Source of the DNA: Acutalibacteraceae bacterium
GTDB lineage: Bacteria > Bacillota > Clostridia > Oscillospirales > Acutalibacteraceae
Assembly: GCA_045536305.1 (NCBI GenBank)
Contig: JAZSNH010000029.1
Span: 56,225 to 120,224, forward strand
Length of the DNA: 64,000 nt
Direction: 5' to 3'
Below the pieces are notes generated by a model. That model was not told the origin of the DNA and ran no database searches. It saw only the letters and a list, made by a program, of their open reading frames with translations. Of this stretch, positions 36,139 to 45,091 are shown one piece after another. The translations under genes and the position numbers were made by a program. Position 1 is the stretch's first letter; the number at the start of each line of letters is the position of its first letter.

Positions 36139-37152
36139 TTATCTCTTCTGAACGTAGTTGTTGAGAGAATCGATAGCAAGAGCGATTCCCAGGAAGCAGC
36201 CGAGAACGCCGAGAGCCAAGCTGACGAGAAGCTCGGTGGAGCCGGCCTTGCTGATGGTGAAGACAACTACAACAGCGGCGATGGTAATTATCTCAGAAGC
36301 TGCGATAGAGGCAAGCGAGCCTGTCTTCTTATTCTTGACACCGCCGAATGCGATATAGCCGATAACGGCGAGAATGCCGCTGACTACGCAGAGTGCGGGA
36401 AGGGGGAAATTGAATACTACGCAGAGTGCGAAGGGGATAAGACCTGCAACAGCTCCGATAAAGGCACCCAGCACGCCCTTGCCGGCAGTACCCTCTTGGT
36501 CGTTTGCCTGGTAGGGAGGCGCTGCATCCCATTCGGGCATCGGAGCGTAGTCTGTATTTCTGCGAGGCTCCATGCCTGCATAGGTATCGTCGGTTTCCTC
36601 GTCGTAAACATTGGAGGAGCGGAGAGGCTCCTCATACTGAGGCCCGGGACGCGGTACCGGTGCAGGTGCAGGTGCAGGTGCAGGTGCAGGTGCAGGTGCA
36701 GGACGAGCAGAACCCTTGACTGCTGCGGAGCACTCAGCACACATAGGCTGAACCATATTGTTATAGAATGAGCGCTTGTTGGCGGGAGCGCCGCACTTTA
36801 CGCACACATTGGGTGCGCGGAAGCCCAGACCTCTGTAATTTGCGGAAACAAAGGAGAGCATTTCGTCGAGCAGATAATCGTCCATTTCGCCTGCGCTCTC
36901 ATCATAGAAAAGAGCGAGATAGCCTTCGACATCGCCGACCTGAAGGTCGGAAAGACCGGGCTGAGGACGGAGCATATCCTCCATACCGTCAAAGGAAGCA
37001 TCGGAAGAGCAAACGAGCATAAAGATAGCAAGCTTTCCGCCATCCTCTTCAACGACCGAAAAACCGACACCGCCGGCTACGCCGTAAACTGTGTCGCCAT
37101 CGATACGGTATTTTCTGCTTTGCTGCCATGAGCGTAAATTCTGAGAAATCAT
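36139..37152 (-). CDS. hypothetical membrane protein with internal zinc ribbon and (Pro-Ala)7 linker
   Basis: 337 aa. CVKCG...CAEC zinc ribbon, RPAPAPAPAPAPAPAPVPRPGP linker and a C-terminal block of 3-4 TM helices. Confidence 0.6.
   Translation of the reverse strand: MISQNLRSWQQSRKYRIDGDTVYGVAGGVGFSVVEEDGGKLAIFMLVCSSDASFDGMEDMLRPQPGLSDLQVGDVEGYLALFYDESAGEMDDYLLDEMLSFVSANYRGLGFRAPNVCVKCGAPANKRSFYNNMVQPMCAECSAAVKGSARPAPAPAPAPAPAPAPVPRPGPQYEEPLRSSNVYDEETDDTYAGMEPRRNTDYAPMPEWDAAPPYQANDQEGTAGKGVLGAFIGAVAGLIPFALCVVFNFPLPALCVVSGILAVIGYIAFGGVKNKKTGSLASIAASEIITIAAVVVVFTISKAGSTELLVSLALGVLGCFLGIALAIDSLNNYVQKR
36659..36700. repeat. (GGTGCA)7 hexanucleotide microsatellite inside a CDS
   Basis: Seven perfect tandem copies, preceded by the imperfect copy GGTACC. 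It encodes (Pro-Ala)7 on the minus strand. Confidence 0.95.
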
Positions 37153-37376
37153 ATATGAGCCTCCGAATCTGTAAAAATTAGCTTATATTCAATGTGCCAT
37201 ATTAAATGTGCATATACTATGATTATATCGAAAAATTAAGCTAAGTCAACTGTTAGATAAGAATAATAAGTAAATTTTCGCGGTTTTTGCACAGTGCAAA
37301 TGTAAACTTTTCTGAAACTTGACTCAAGAAAAAAGGGACCTGTGCAAAATTATCTCATGCACAGGTCCCGAATGTA

Positions 37377-39230
37377 TTATTCGGTGGCTTTGAACGACTG
37401 CATATAAGCAGAGAAGGAATCTGCCTTGAGCTTGAAAAGCATACCGCGGCGGCTTCTTCTTTTTACCTTGCGTCGTCTCATTTTTGAAAGCTTCCAGTGA
37501 GGTATCGAAGGAAGCTCGGGTTCCTTTACCGGGATCGGGTCGTCATCATCAAAGTGAGGAACATAAACGAAGCCTTCCTCATCATCGTCGCGTATATAAT
37601 CGGCTGCGCTTTTTGCGTTGTACTCAGGGTTGACGCGCATGGGATCCTGATAAATAGGCGTCGGTGAAAGGGGAGCCTCGGTTCTTATCGGCTCGGGATT
37701 GTATACGGGAGCGGCATAGCTCTTCTGAGCATAGGGTTCGCCCATCGGGGTAAAGCCTCTGGAGGTGGAGTAATCTACCTCCATATCCTCGAACACAGGA
37801 ACAACAACGGGGATATCCTCGGCTGCGTAGTCAGGTCTGTAATTGCCGACACCGCTTGCGTTATATTCATCGGCAGGGCGAATGGCACCTGCTGCCCCGG
37901 CAACAGCCGCGGCGGCAATGGGTGCTGAGGACGCGACAGAGGAGGGCTCGGAGAAATCGGCGCGTACACGAGGGGTGTAACGGTCGTCCGCATATTCAAA
38001 GTCCTCTTCCATGTGGACGACGATGGGGATGTAATCCTCGTCATAATACTGGGTTTTGCCGGAGGTCTGAGTTGCCTCAAGAGCGGCCAGTGCATCAGCC
38101 GCAGAAGCAGCCATAGGCTCGGACGGTATCTGCGGAACAGGTGCAGCGCTCTGATCGGCGGCAGGTGTCGCTGCAGCAGATGGTGCAGGTCTGCGGCGCT
38201 GATTCTGCGGAGGTCTTGCTCCCGCGGGGTGAGGTCTTCCGGGCGGTGCATATATGGGTCTGCCGTACTGGTCATAGCCGACAGGTGTGCGCGACTTCCT
38301 CTGAGGAGGCGGATAAATAGGTCTGCCATTCTGGTCAAAGCCTATAGGATGCGGTTTTCTCTGAGGAGGACGCTGGGGATATATGGGCCTGCCGTACTGG
38401 TCATAGCCGATAGGCTGTGCCGGAGCAGGACGTGCAGGTACGGCAATAGGATTGCCGTACTGATCGTAGTATATGGGTTGACGTTTCTTAGGTCTGTTGT
38501 CCATATTCTTGCCTCCCTTGCTTCGCTTGCCCCTTGGGCGCTGCTCCTCGGGCAATTCAGCGTTGTCTGCCGTATCTTCTGTTATGATAGTGCCTGCCGC
38601 GCCGAGCGACGCTGCGGCAACGAGATCTGCTATTTCGTCGGCAGAGGATTCGGCCTCATCTGCGGTCTCTGTTTTTTCAGGTTCGGCTTCTGCTTCGGCC
38701 TTGCGTGCGGCCGCACGTTCTTCTGAAATCGGGCTGAAGGCCTTGCTGTCGCCCTCATAGTCGTCCTTGTCGGGGAAGATTATCAGCGGTCTGTCATCGT
38801 CCTCCTCGGCTGCGGCAGAAGAAGGCGGTACACTGTCCTCTGCAGAGGGCTCGGACTGCTGAGCCGATGATTCGGAAGAGTCAGGTGCCATCTTTGTGGC
38901 ACTGCCTGCGAGAAATGCGAGCGATCTTTCGCGGCGTTTTTCTTCCTTATCGATTATTTCAAATATTTTGTCGATTTCATTCTTATCGACCTTGCCGTAG
39001 GGTGATTTCGCACGTTCTCTGTCCTGCTCTATGATCTTGCGCCTCGAAGAGACTGTACTCGAAAGCAGGAAGATAAGGCAGATGAGAACAAAGCCCTGTG
39101 CGCCCAATATCACGGGGGAGAATTTCTGAATGATACCCACCAGTATGAGCAGGGCCATGGCGATTATACCTGTAACAAAAACAAGTATAAAAAATGCCGA
39201 TCGCCTTGACGCTTTGTTTTTCAAATTCAC
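37377..39230 (-). CDS. hypothetical membrane-anchored Pro-rich protein with four GYDQYGRPIY-type repeats
   Basis: 617 aa. GTG start after a GAGGGGG RBS. It has two N-terminal TM helices, an acidic/Ala-rich region, four copies of (Y/G/F)(Y/D)DQ(Y/N)G(N/R)PI(Y/A), and a basic C-terminal tail RRRKVKRRSRR. Confidence 0.6.
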   Translation of the reverse strand: MNLKNKASRRSAFFILVFVTGIIAMALLILVGIIQKFSPVILGAQGFVLICLIFLLSSTVSSRRKIIEQDRERAKSPYGKVDKNEIDKIFEIIDKEEKRRERSLAFLAGSATKMAPDSSESSAQQSEPSAEDSVPPSSAAAEEDDDRPLIIFPDKDDYEGDSKAFSPISEERAAARKAEAEAEPEKTETADEAESSADEIADLVAAASLGAAGTIITEDTADNAELPEEQRPRGKRSKGGKNMDNRPKKRQPIYYDQYGNPIAVPARPAPAQPIGYDQYGRPIYPQRPPQRKPHPIGFDQNGRPIYPPPQRKSRTPVGYDQYGRPIYAPPGRPHPAGARPPQNQRRRPAPSAAATPAADQSAAPVPQIPSEPMAASAADALAALEATQTSGKTQYYDEDYIPIVVHMEEDFEYADDRYTPRVRADFSEPSSVASSAPIAAAAVAGAAGAIRPADEYNASGVGNYRPDYAAEDIPVVVPVFEDMEVDYSTSRGFTPMGEPYAQKSYAAPVYNPEPIRTEAPLSPTPIYQDPMRVNPEYNAKSAADYIRDDDEEGFVYVPHFDDDDPIPVKEPELPSIPHWKLSKMRRRKVKRRSRRGMLFKLKADSFSAYMQSFKATE

Positions 39231-39294
39231 TGCCCCCTCTCTTTCAAATTAAATCGTCTATTGATACATAGTAAATATTACTATATTTTAAATC

Positions 39295-40161
39295 TTATGT
39301 CAATATAAAATCGGCGCAGCGGGATAAGACGGAAAGCTTTTCAAAGGAAAGCTCCTCGATGCGTGTGTTTGGCGGTATGGAGGCGGCCTCCAGAACGGCA
39401 GAGGCCTGCTCACGGGTAAGAAAGCCGCCTGAGCAAAGTGAGTTGAGAAGGGTCTTTCTGCGCTGTGAAAAGCCTGCCCGAACAAGCTTAAAAAATATCT
39501 CGGGACGACCCACGGGGTAAGGAGGCTTGTCGCGCAGGTCAAGCGAAATTACCGCAGAATCCACATTCGGAGCAGGCATGAAGCTTCCGCGAGAAACATT
39601 GAACAGCTTCTTTGCATCGGCATAATATGCAACAGAAACCGTCACAGCACCCGCGTCTCTCGAACCGACGGGAGCGCACAGTCTTTGGGCGGCTTCCTTT
39701 TGCACCATTACGGTTATGCTCGAAAAGGGAAGCTTATCCTCAAGCAGCTTCATTATAAGCGGTGATGTGATATAATATGGAAGATTGGCGCATACGCTGA
39801 CGCTTTCGCAGTCGGAAAACTTTTCTTTTATAAGCGCGGCAAGGTCGAAGGTCAGCGCGTCTGCATTGATCACCTCAACGTTTGAACAGTCAGAAAGGGT
39901 TTCGTCAAGCACAGGCAGAAGACGCTCGTCAAGCTCGATGGCGACAACCTTTTTTGCAAGCCTTGACAGCTCGCGCGTGAGCACGCCGATTCCGGGGCCT
40001 ATTTCTATAACTCCCGTGTTTTCGTTTTTCACAGCAGCCTCTGCCATTCTGGGACAGACGGTGGGGTTGATAAGAAAATTCTGTCCCAGACTTTTTGAAA
40101 AGGTAAAGCCATGTCCGCTGAGAAGCTCTCTTATTGCCGATACATCGGTAAGACGCTCCAT
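39295..40161 (-). CDS. rsmA: 16S rRNA (adenine1518/1519-N6)-dimethyltransferase RsmA/KsgA
   Basis: 288 aa. FSKSLGQNFL at the N-terminus, VIEIGPGIGVLT SAM motif and NLPYYITSP. Confidence 0.93.
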   Translation of the reverse strand: MERLTDVSAIRELLSGHGFTFSKSLGQNFLINPTVCPRMAEAAVKNENTGVIEIGPGIGVLTRELSRLAKKVVAIELDERLLPVLDETLSDCSNVEVINADALTFDLAALIKEKFSDCESVSVCANLPYYITSPLIMKLLEDKLPFSSITVMVQKEAAQRLCAPVGSRDAGAVTVSVAYYADAKKLFNVSRGSFMPAPNVDSAVISLDLRDKPPYPVGRPEIFFKLVRAGFSQRRKTLLNSLCSGGFLTREQASAVLEAASIPPNTRIEELSFEKLSVLSRCADFILT

Positions 40162-40329
40162 GTCAAACCGCTCCTTTCACTTTGCCGTATGTATTTTCAA
40201 TTACATATAATAACATATTTTTCGTCGGGATAAAAGACAGGATTTGATTTTTGTTAAATAATGCCTATTGTCAAATCGTGCCGCAATTGATATCATTATA
40301 ACAGCAATTGTATGAAGGGACGAATTTAC

Positions 40330-40818
40330 ATGGCAAGAAGAGATAAGGAAAATTATTACCTTGACATAGCACAGACCGTTTCCGAGCGCAGTACATGTCT
40401 GCGACGTCATTACGGAGCGATAATCGTTTCAAACGATGAAATTGTATCCTCGGGCTACAATGGTGCGCCCAGAGGCAGAAAAAACTGCGTGGATATAAAC
40501 TTCTGCGTAAGAGAAAAGCTCGGGATCGCACGCGGCGAGCGGTATGAGCTGTGCAGAGCCGTCCATGCCGAAGCAAACGCCATCATTTCCGCAAGTCGTG
40601 CATCCATGCTGGGTGCAACGCTTTATCTTGCGGGAACCGACGGAAAAACGGGAGAGCTGCTCAATAATTCCTGCTCCTGTGCAATGTGCAAAAGGCTTGT
40701 GATAAACGCAGGTATTGCAAAGGTGGTTATACGCAACACGCCCGAGGAGTATACCGTTGTAAATGTTGAGGATTGGGTAGCAAACGATGAGTCTGTCGAG
40801 GGCTCGTTCGGGTACTGA
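40330..40818 (+). CDS. comEB: dCMP deaminase (ComEB type)
   Basis: ORF track 40312..40818. ATG 40330 gives MARRDKENYYLDIAQTVSERSTC. Zinc motifs HAEANAI and SCAMCKRLVINAGI. Confidence 0.88.
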   Translation: MARRDKENYYLDIAQTVSERSTCLRRHYGAIIVSNDEIVSSGYNGAPRGRKNCVDINFCVREKLGIARGERYELCRAVHAEANAIISASRASMLGATLYLAGTDGKTGELLNNSCSCAMCKRLVINAGIAKVVIRNTPEEYTVVNVEDWVANDESVEGSFGY

Positions 40819-40844
40819 TATAAGAATATTAAATATGGGAATGG

Positions 40845-40879
40845 AAAAAACCTCCGCTGAAAATCAGCGGAGGTTTTTT
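40845..40879. terminator. bidirectional intrinsic terminator (comEB / rnfB)
   Basis: A6-CCTCCGCTG-aaaat-CAGCGGAGG-T6 between convergent stops. Confidence 0.85.
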
Positions 40880-40882
40880 CCA

Positions 40883-41689
40883 TCAGAATTCGACTGTGCT
40901 TGTCAGCAATGTGACGCAGCCCCTTGGGCAGGCGGCGGCACATTCGCCGCAGCCGGTGCATTTGTCGGGGTCAACGTGAGCTACGAAATTTTCGATGGTG
41001 ATAGCCTGCACGGAACAGACCTTGGTACACTTCATACAGCCGATGCAGCCGCTCTTGCAGACCTTGTTCGTAAGGTTGCCTTTGTCGCAGTTTCTGCATC
41101 TTACAACAGCAATGGGCTTAAGAGGCTCAAAGGTTATAAGTCCCTTGGGACATGCCTTTACACACTTGGAGCAGCCTTTGCAGAGGGTCGGGTCGATGTG
41201 AGCTACACCGTTGCAGATGGTGATCGCACCATAATCACAGGAAGCTACGCAGTCGCCTATGCCCATGCAGCCGTAAAGACAGCTGCCTACTCCGCCGAAC
41301 AGCTGATTGGCAGCGGCACATGACTCAACGCCCAGATACTCCATTTTGTTATGGGTATTGTCATAGGTTCCGATACAGTGGACCAGTGCGGTTTTGCGCT
41401 GAACCTCCCCTGCCTCCTGACCGAGCAGCTCGGCGATCTCTTTGACCGCCTTCGCGCCGCCCGGAGAGCAAAGTCCGTTTTCAGCTTCGCCCTTGGCAAG
41501 TGCCGCGGCATAGCCTGAGCAGCCGGAATAGCCGCAGGCACCGCAGTTTGCACCGGGAAGCTTTTCGAGGATAGCCTCTGCCTTTTCATCCTTCGGCACT
41601 GCCATGAGCACGGAAGCGATGGAAAGACCCACGCCTGCCACAAGACCTATGGCGGCAACAATAATTACAGCAAGTAATATAGGATTCAT
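40883..41689 (-). CDS. rnfB: Rnf electron-transport complex subunit B
   Basis: 268 aa. N-terminal TM helix, LPGANCGACGYSGCSGYA Cys cluster and multiple CxxCxxCxxxCP ferredoxin motifs. Confidence 0.92.
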   Translation of the reverse strand: MNPILLAVIIVAAIGLVAGVGLSIASVLMAVPKDEKAEAILEKLPGANCGACGYSGCSGYAAALAKGEAENGLCSPGGAKAVKEIAELLGQEAGEVQRKTALVHCIGTYDNTHNKMEYLGVESCAAANQLFGGVGSCLYGCMGIGDCVASCDYGAITICNGVAHIDPTLCKGCSKCVKACPKGLITFEPLKPIAVVRCRNCDKGNLTNKVCKSGCIGCMKCTKVCSVQAITIENFVAHVDPDKCTGCGECAAACPRGCVTLLTSTVEF

Positions 41690-41704
41690 ATATTACACCT
41701 CCAT

Positions 41705-42337
41705 TTAAGCAAGTCCGAGGCCGTCAACGATGCCGGCAAAGCCGGTAAAGCTGAGTGCAACGATAGAGGCGGCAACGAGAGTGATGGGAAGTCCCTTGAG
41801 AGATTCGGGGATATCTGCCGATTCGAGCTTGCCGCGGACTCCTGCGAAGAGAACCATCGCCACGAGGAAGCCAACGCCTGCTCCGACTGCATTGACAAGA
41901 GCCGCGATATAGCCTCCGCCGAAGGTGTAGGCCATGCCCGATTCTGCGCCAAACTTGCCGATAACAAGAGTTGCAACGCCCAGAACAGCACAGTTTGTGG
42001 TGATAAGGGGCAGATAAACGCCGAGGGAATTATAAAGCGAGGGGATATATTTTTTGAGGAAGATCTCAAAAAGCTGAACGAGAGCCGCGATTATCAGAAT
42101 AAAGACGATAGTCTGGAGATAATCGAGACCGTTCGGCAGAAGGAAAAGCTCATAGATAGGATATGTTACCGCTGTTGCAACAGCCATAACGAATATAACT
42201 GCCGCACTCATGCCCACGGCGGTATTGAGCTTTTTGGAAACGCCCAGGAAGGGGCAGATTCCGAGGAACTTTGAAAGGACAAAGTTTTCTGTAAGAACGG
42301 CGGCAACAAAGACGCCTAAGATAAGCTTAAAGGTCAT
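41705..42337 (-). CDS. rnfA: Rnf complex subunit A
   Basis: ORF track 41705..42388. ATG 42337 follows GGAAGGAGG and overlaps the rnfE stop (ATGA). ENFVLSKFLGICPFLGVS is the RnfA/NqrE signature. Confidence 0.92.
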   Translation of the reverse strand: MTFKLILGVFVAAVLTENFVLSKFLGICPFLGVSKKLNTAVGMSAAVIFVMAVATAVTYPIYELFLLPNGLDYLQTIVFILIIAALVQLFEIFLKKYIPSLYNSLGVYLPLITTNCAVLGVATLVIGKFGAESGMAYTFGGGYIAALVNAVGAGVGFLVAMVLFAGVRGKLESADIPESLKGLPITLVAASIVALSFTGFAGIVDGLGLA

Positions 42338-43290
42338 TTGGAACAGCCTCCTTCCAGACGCTTTGAGCAGGTCATTGCAGCAGGACATGAGCCGCAGGGA
42401 TCATTGACAATGGGAAGTCCCTTCTTGCGGCTGATTCGGTTTGCCAGTGCAATGAGCATGCCGAACACGAAGAAACCGCCTGCGGGGAGTATGAAGATAA
42501 GTATCGGACTTTCGCTGAGGATGGGTATGGACAGTCCGAGGAAGGAGCCGTTTCCGAATATTTCGCGGATAGCACCCATACAGAACAGTGCGGCAGTAAA
42601 GCCTATACCCATTGTGATGCCGTCAACTATAGAGGGTATCACCTTGTTTTTTGATGCGAACATCTCAGCTCTGCCGAGGATTATGCAGTTAACGACTATA
42701 AGGGGCAGGAACAGTCCGAGCGATTCGTCCAAGGCAGGTGCGAAAGCCTTGACAATCATCTGTACGACAGAAACAAAACCTGCGATAACGGTGATGAATG
42801 CAGGTATTCTGACCTTGTCGGGAATGATCTTACGCAATGCGGAAATAACCGCATTTGAACAGATAAGAACGATGGTCGCTGCCGCGCCCATGCCGAGAGC
42901 ACTCTCGACAGAGGTGGTAACAGCAAGGGTCGGACAGGTGCCCAGCACCAGTCTTAAAACGGGGTTTTCGGTTAGCAGACCGTTTTTCAGAGCGGCAAGG
43001 AAGCCTTTCTTTTCTTCCTCAGGCTCGTCTATGACCTCGGGAGGCATTTTGGGACGCTCGGGAGGCGGAAGGGTCGGCTTCTGCACGGGTGCGGCCTTGG
43101 GAGCCTCAGGCTTCTTCGGCTCTGCTGCGGCAGGTATGGGAGGAAGATTTTCCTCGGCTGCCTTGCGTGTTTTTATTTCTGCTGCGGTTTCGGCAGGCGT
43201 TTCTTTTTTAACGGCTTCTTCCGCAGCGATTTTGGCTTCGGTCACTTCCGAGGTGCCGCCTAAGCCCACAGATACGGATCTTCTGCTCAT
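42334..43290 (-). CDS. rnfE: Rnf complex subunit E with ~100-aa low-complexity N-terminal extension
   Basis: 318 aa. Its ATG overlaps the rnfG stop (ATGA). The core NPVLRLVLGTCPTLAVTT...LPLIVVNCIILGRAE is the RnfE/NqrD signature. The first ~100 aa are Ala/Pro/Glu/Lys-rich. Confidence 0.9.
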   Translation of the reverse strand: MSRRSVSVGLGGTSEVTEAKIAAEEAVKKETPAETAAEIKTRKAAEENLPPIPAAAEPKKPEAPKAAPVQKPTLPPPERPKMPPEVIDEPEEEKKGFLAALKNGLLTENPVLRLVLGTCPTLAVTTSVESALGMGAAATIVLICSNAVISALRKIIPDKVRIPAFITVIAGFVSVVQMIVKAFAPALDESLGLFLPLIVVNCIILGRAEMFASKNKVIPSIVDGITMGIGFTAALFCMGAIREIFGNGSFLGLSIPILSESPILIFILPAGGFFVFGMLIALANRISRKKGLPIVNDPCGSCPAAMTCSKRLEGGCSK

Positions 43291-44057
43291 TGTGCCTGCC
43301 TCCTTTCTATTTCGCTAACCTGTGCAAGAGCCTTGTTTACGGCACTTGTAACAGCGCGGCTGGTAATGGTAGATGCGGTGATGGCGTCTATCTCACCGCC
43401 GTCCTTGCTTACTGCCAGAGTTCCGCTCTTACCTACAAACTGGGAGAGCCATTCGGGATTCTCACAGTTTGCGCCAAGGCCTGCGGTTTCGCTCTGTTCG
43501 AGTATCTCAATGCCTGTGATCTTAAGATTGAGATCAATGCCTATCATTATCTGAACATCTCCGCCGTAGCCTTTTGAGGCACTTGTTGCAACGTAGCCGA
43601 TAAGATACTTATCGGTTTTTGGAGTGTCGGTTGCGGAAATATCGGTATTTGTAACGTCTGTGCCGCTAATGTCGGTATTGCTGATATCAGTGGCAGTGAC
43701 CTCGGTCTTTACTCCCGTCCAGGGTCTGCGAAGGAGAACGCCTGAGAGGATATCGGTTGCGGAGAGGTCGGATATGGATATATCGGCAGGAGAAACAATA
43801 GGCAAATTCGGTTCACTGCCGGGGATTCCATTGACCAGAACGGCATAAACGGATACGCCGTTTTCTTCGGAAACCAGCTCATATTCCTCGCCTGCGAGAA
43901 CCGACTGGCGCGCCTCAATCTCGCTTTGCAGTGCGTTTTCGGCAATTATGCCTGAGGTCAGGGAGTTTGTAAGAGCCAGAGCGAGTGCTACGATAATGCA
44001 TATTGAGAAAAGTATGATAGTGGGTATTCCCACTTCCTTGAAATTCATCTTTTTCAT
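43287..44057 (-). CDS. rnfG: Rnf complex subunit G (FMN-binding) with repeat-containing insertion
   Basis: 256 aa. N-terminal TM helix, GYGGDVQIMIGID...ETAGLG and the FMN-attachment region IDAITASTITSRAV. An insertion of ~70 aa includes ATDIS-NTDIS-GTDVT-NTDIS-ATDTP. Confidence 0.88.
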   Translation of the reverse strand: MKKMNFKEVGIPTIILFSICIIVALALALTNSLTSGIIAENALQSEIEARQSVLAGEEYELVSEENGVSVYAVLVNGIPGSEPNLPIVSPADISISDLSATDILSGVLLRRPWTGVKTEVTATDISNTDISGTDVTNTDISATDTPKTDKYLIGYVATSASKGYGGDVQIMIGIDLNLKITGIEILEQSETAGLGANCENPEWLSQFVGKSGTLAVSKDGGEIDAITASTITSRAVTSAVNKALAQVSEIERRQAQ

Positions 44058-45073
44058 GCTGCAGCCCCCTTCTCCTCGCCAAAGGCCTTCGGTGTGGTGA
44101 GCTTTTCGATGTGAGGTACGAGAATATTCATCAGAAGGATAGCATAGGATACGCCCTCAGGCATGTTGCACAGCAGGCGCATTGCCATGGTCAGCACACC
44201 GCAGCAGACAGCGAATACTATCTTGCCGCCGTGGGTTATCGGAGAGGTCGTATAGTCGGTAGCCATAAATATCGCACCGAGCATCAGACCGCCCGAAAGC
44301 AGGTGTGATAGCATGTAAAGGGTGCTGCCCTCGAGGTCGTAGCCCTTGCCGAAGCCCACGAAAAATGCGATAACGGCTACTGTGCCGATAAAGTAAACGG
44401 GGATGGTGGGCTTGATAACTTTGCGGAAAATAAGGAACAGTCCGCCGAGAATGAGCGCTGCGGCACAGGTCTCACCGAGACAGCCGGGAGTGTTGCCGAA
44501 GAGCAGTGACATGACCGACGGTGTTTCCTCAAGCTTTGAGGCGAGCGGTGTTGCGGCGGTCATTGCGTCAAGTGCGCCCTTTTCAAGATAGAAGAAGGGC
44601 TTTACATAGGTGCTCATTGCACCGGGGAAGCTGAGCATAAGTACTATTCTGGCGGTTGCGGCAGGATTTGCAAAGTTCATGCCGATGCCGCCGAACATCT
44701 GCTTTACGACCACGATTGCAACCACAGAGCCGAAGGCGGCGTAGATGGGGTTGATTGTAGGAGGCAGACAGAATGCGAGGATAAGACCTGTTACGACTGC
44801 GGAGAAATCTCCGATAGTCTGTCTGCGCTTCATTATCCTGCGGCAGAGAAACTCAGACAGCACGCAGGTGATTATACACACAGCGATGGTCAGAGCACTG
44901 CGCCAGCCGAAATAGACACAGGAGACGATAGCCGCAGGGATAAGGGCTATTACAACGTCCTGCATTATTTCGGGCGTTGTGGAGGGGCTTTTGAAATGGG
45001 GCGAGGGAGTGACAAGCAGCTTGTGAGCGGCGCTTACTTCCTCGCTGACGCGGTTGTCAACATTGTTGTTCAT
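44054..45073 (-). CDS. rnfD: Rnf complex subunit D
   Basis: 339 aa, polytopic. FMATDYTTSP (FMN-binding Thr region) is typical of RnfD/NqrB. Its stop overlaps the rnfG start. Confidence 0.92.
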   Translation of the reverse strand: MNNNVDNRVSEEVSAAHKLLVTPSPHFKSPSTTPEIMQDVVIALIPAAIVSCVYFGWRSALTIAVCIITCVLSEFLCRRIMKRRQTIGDFSAVVTGLILAFCLPPTINPIYAAFGSVVAIVVVKQMFGGIGMNFANPAATARIVLMLSFPGAMSTYVKPFFYLEKGALDAMTAATPLASKLEETPSVMSLLFGNTPGCLGETCAAALILGGLFLIFRKVIKPTIPVYFIGTVAVIAFFVGFGKGYDLEGSTLYMLSHLLSGGLMLGAIFMATDYTTSPITHGGKIVFAVCCGVLTMAMRLLCNMPEGVSYAILLMNILVPHIEKLTTPKAFGEEKGAAA

Positions 45074-45091
45074 GCTTTGTCTCTCCTTCCT

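Noticed and set aside
36136-36771. 211-aa plus-strand ORF containing an RCRCRCRCRCRC run
   Set aside because: The Arg-Cys repeat is simply the (GGTGCA)7 microsatellite read on the other strand. The minus-strand frame has a zinc ribbon, TM helices and a proper start.
42338-43318. 326-aa plus-strand ORF across rnfE
   Set aside because: It is antisense to rnfE, which has family signatures and ATGA coupling to its neighbours. The product is Ser/Ala/Pro low complexity.
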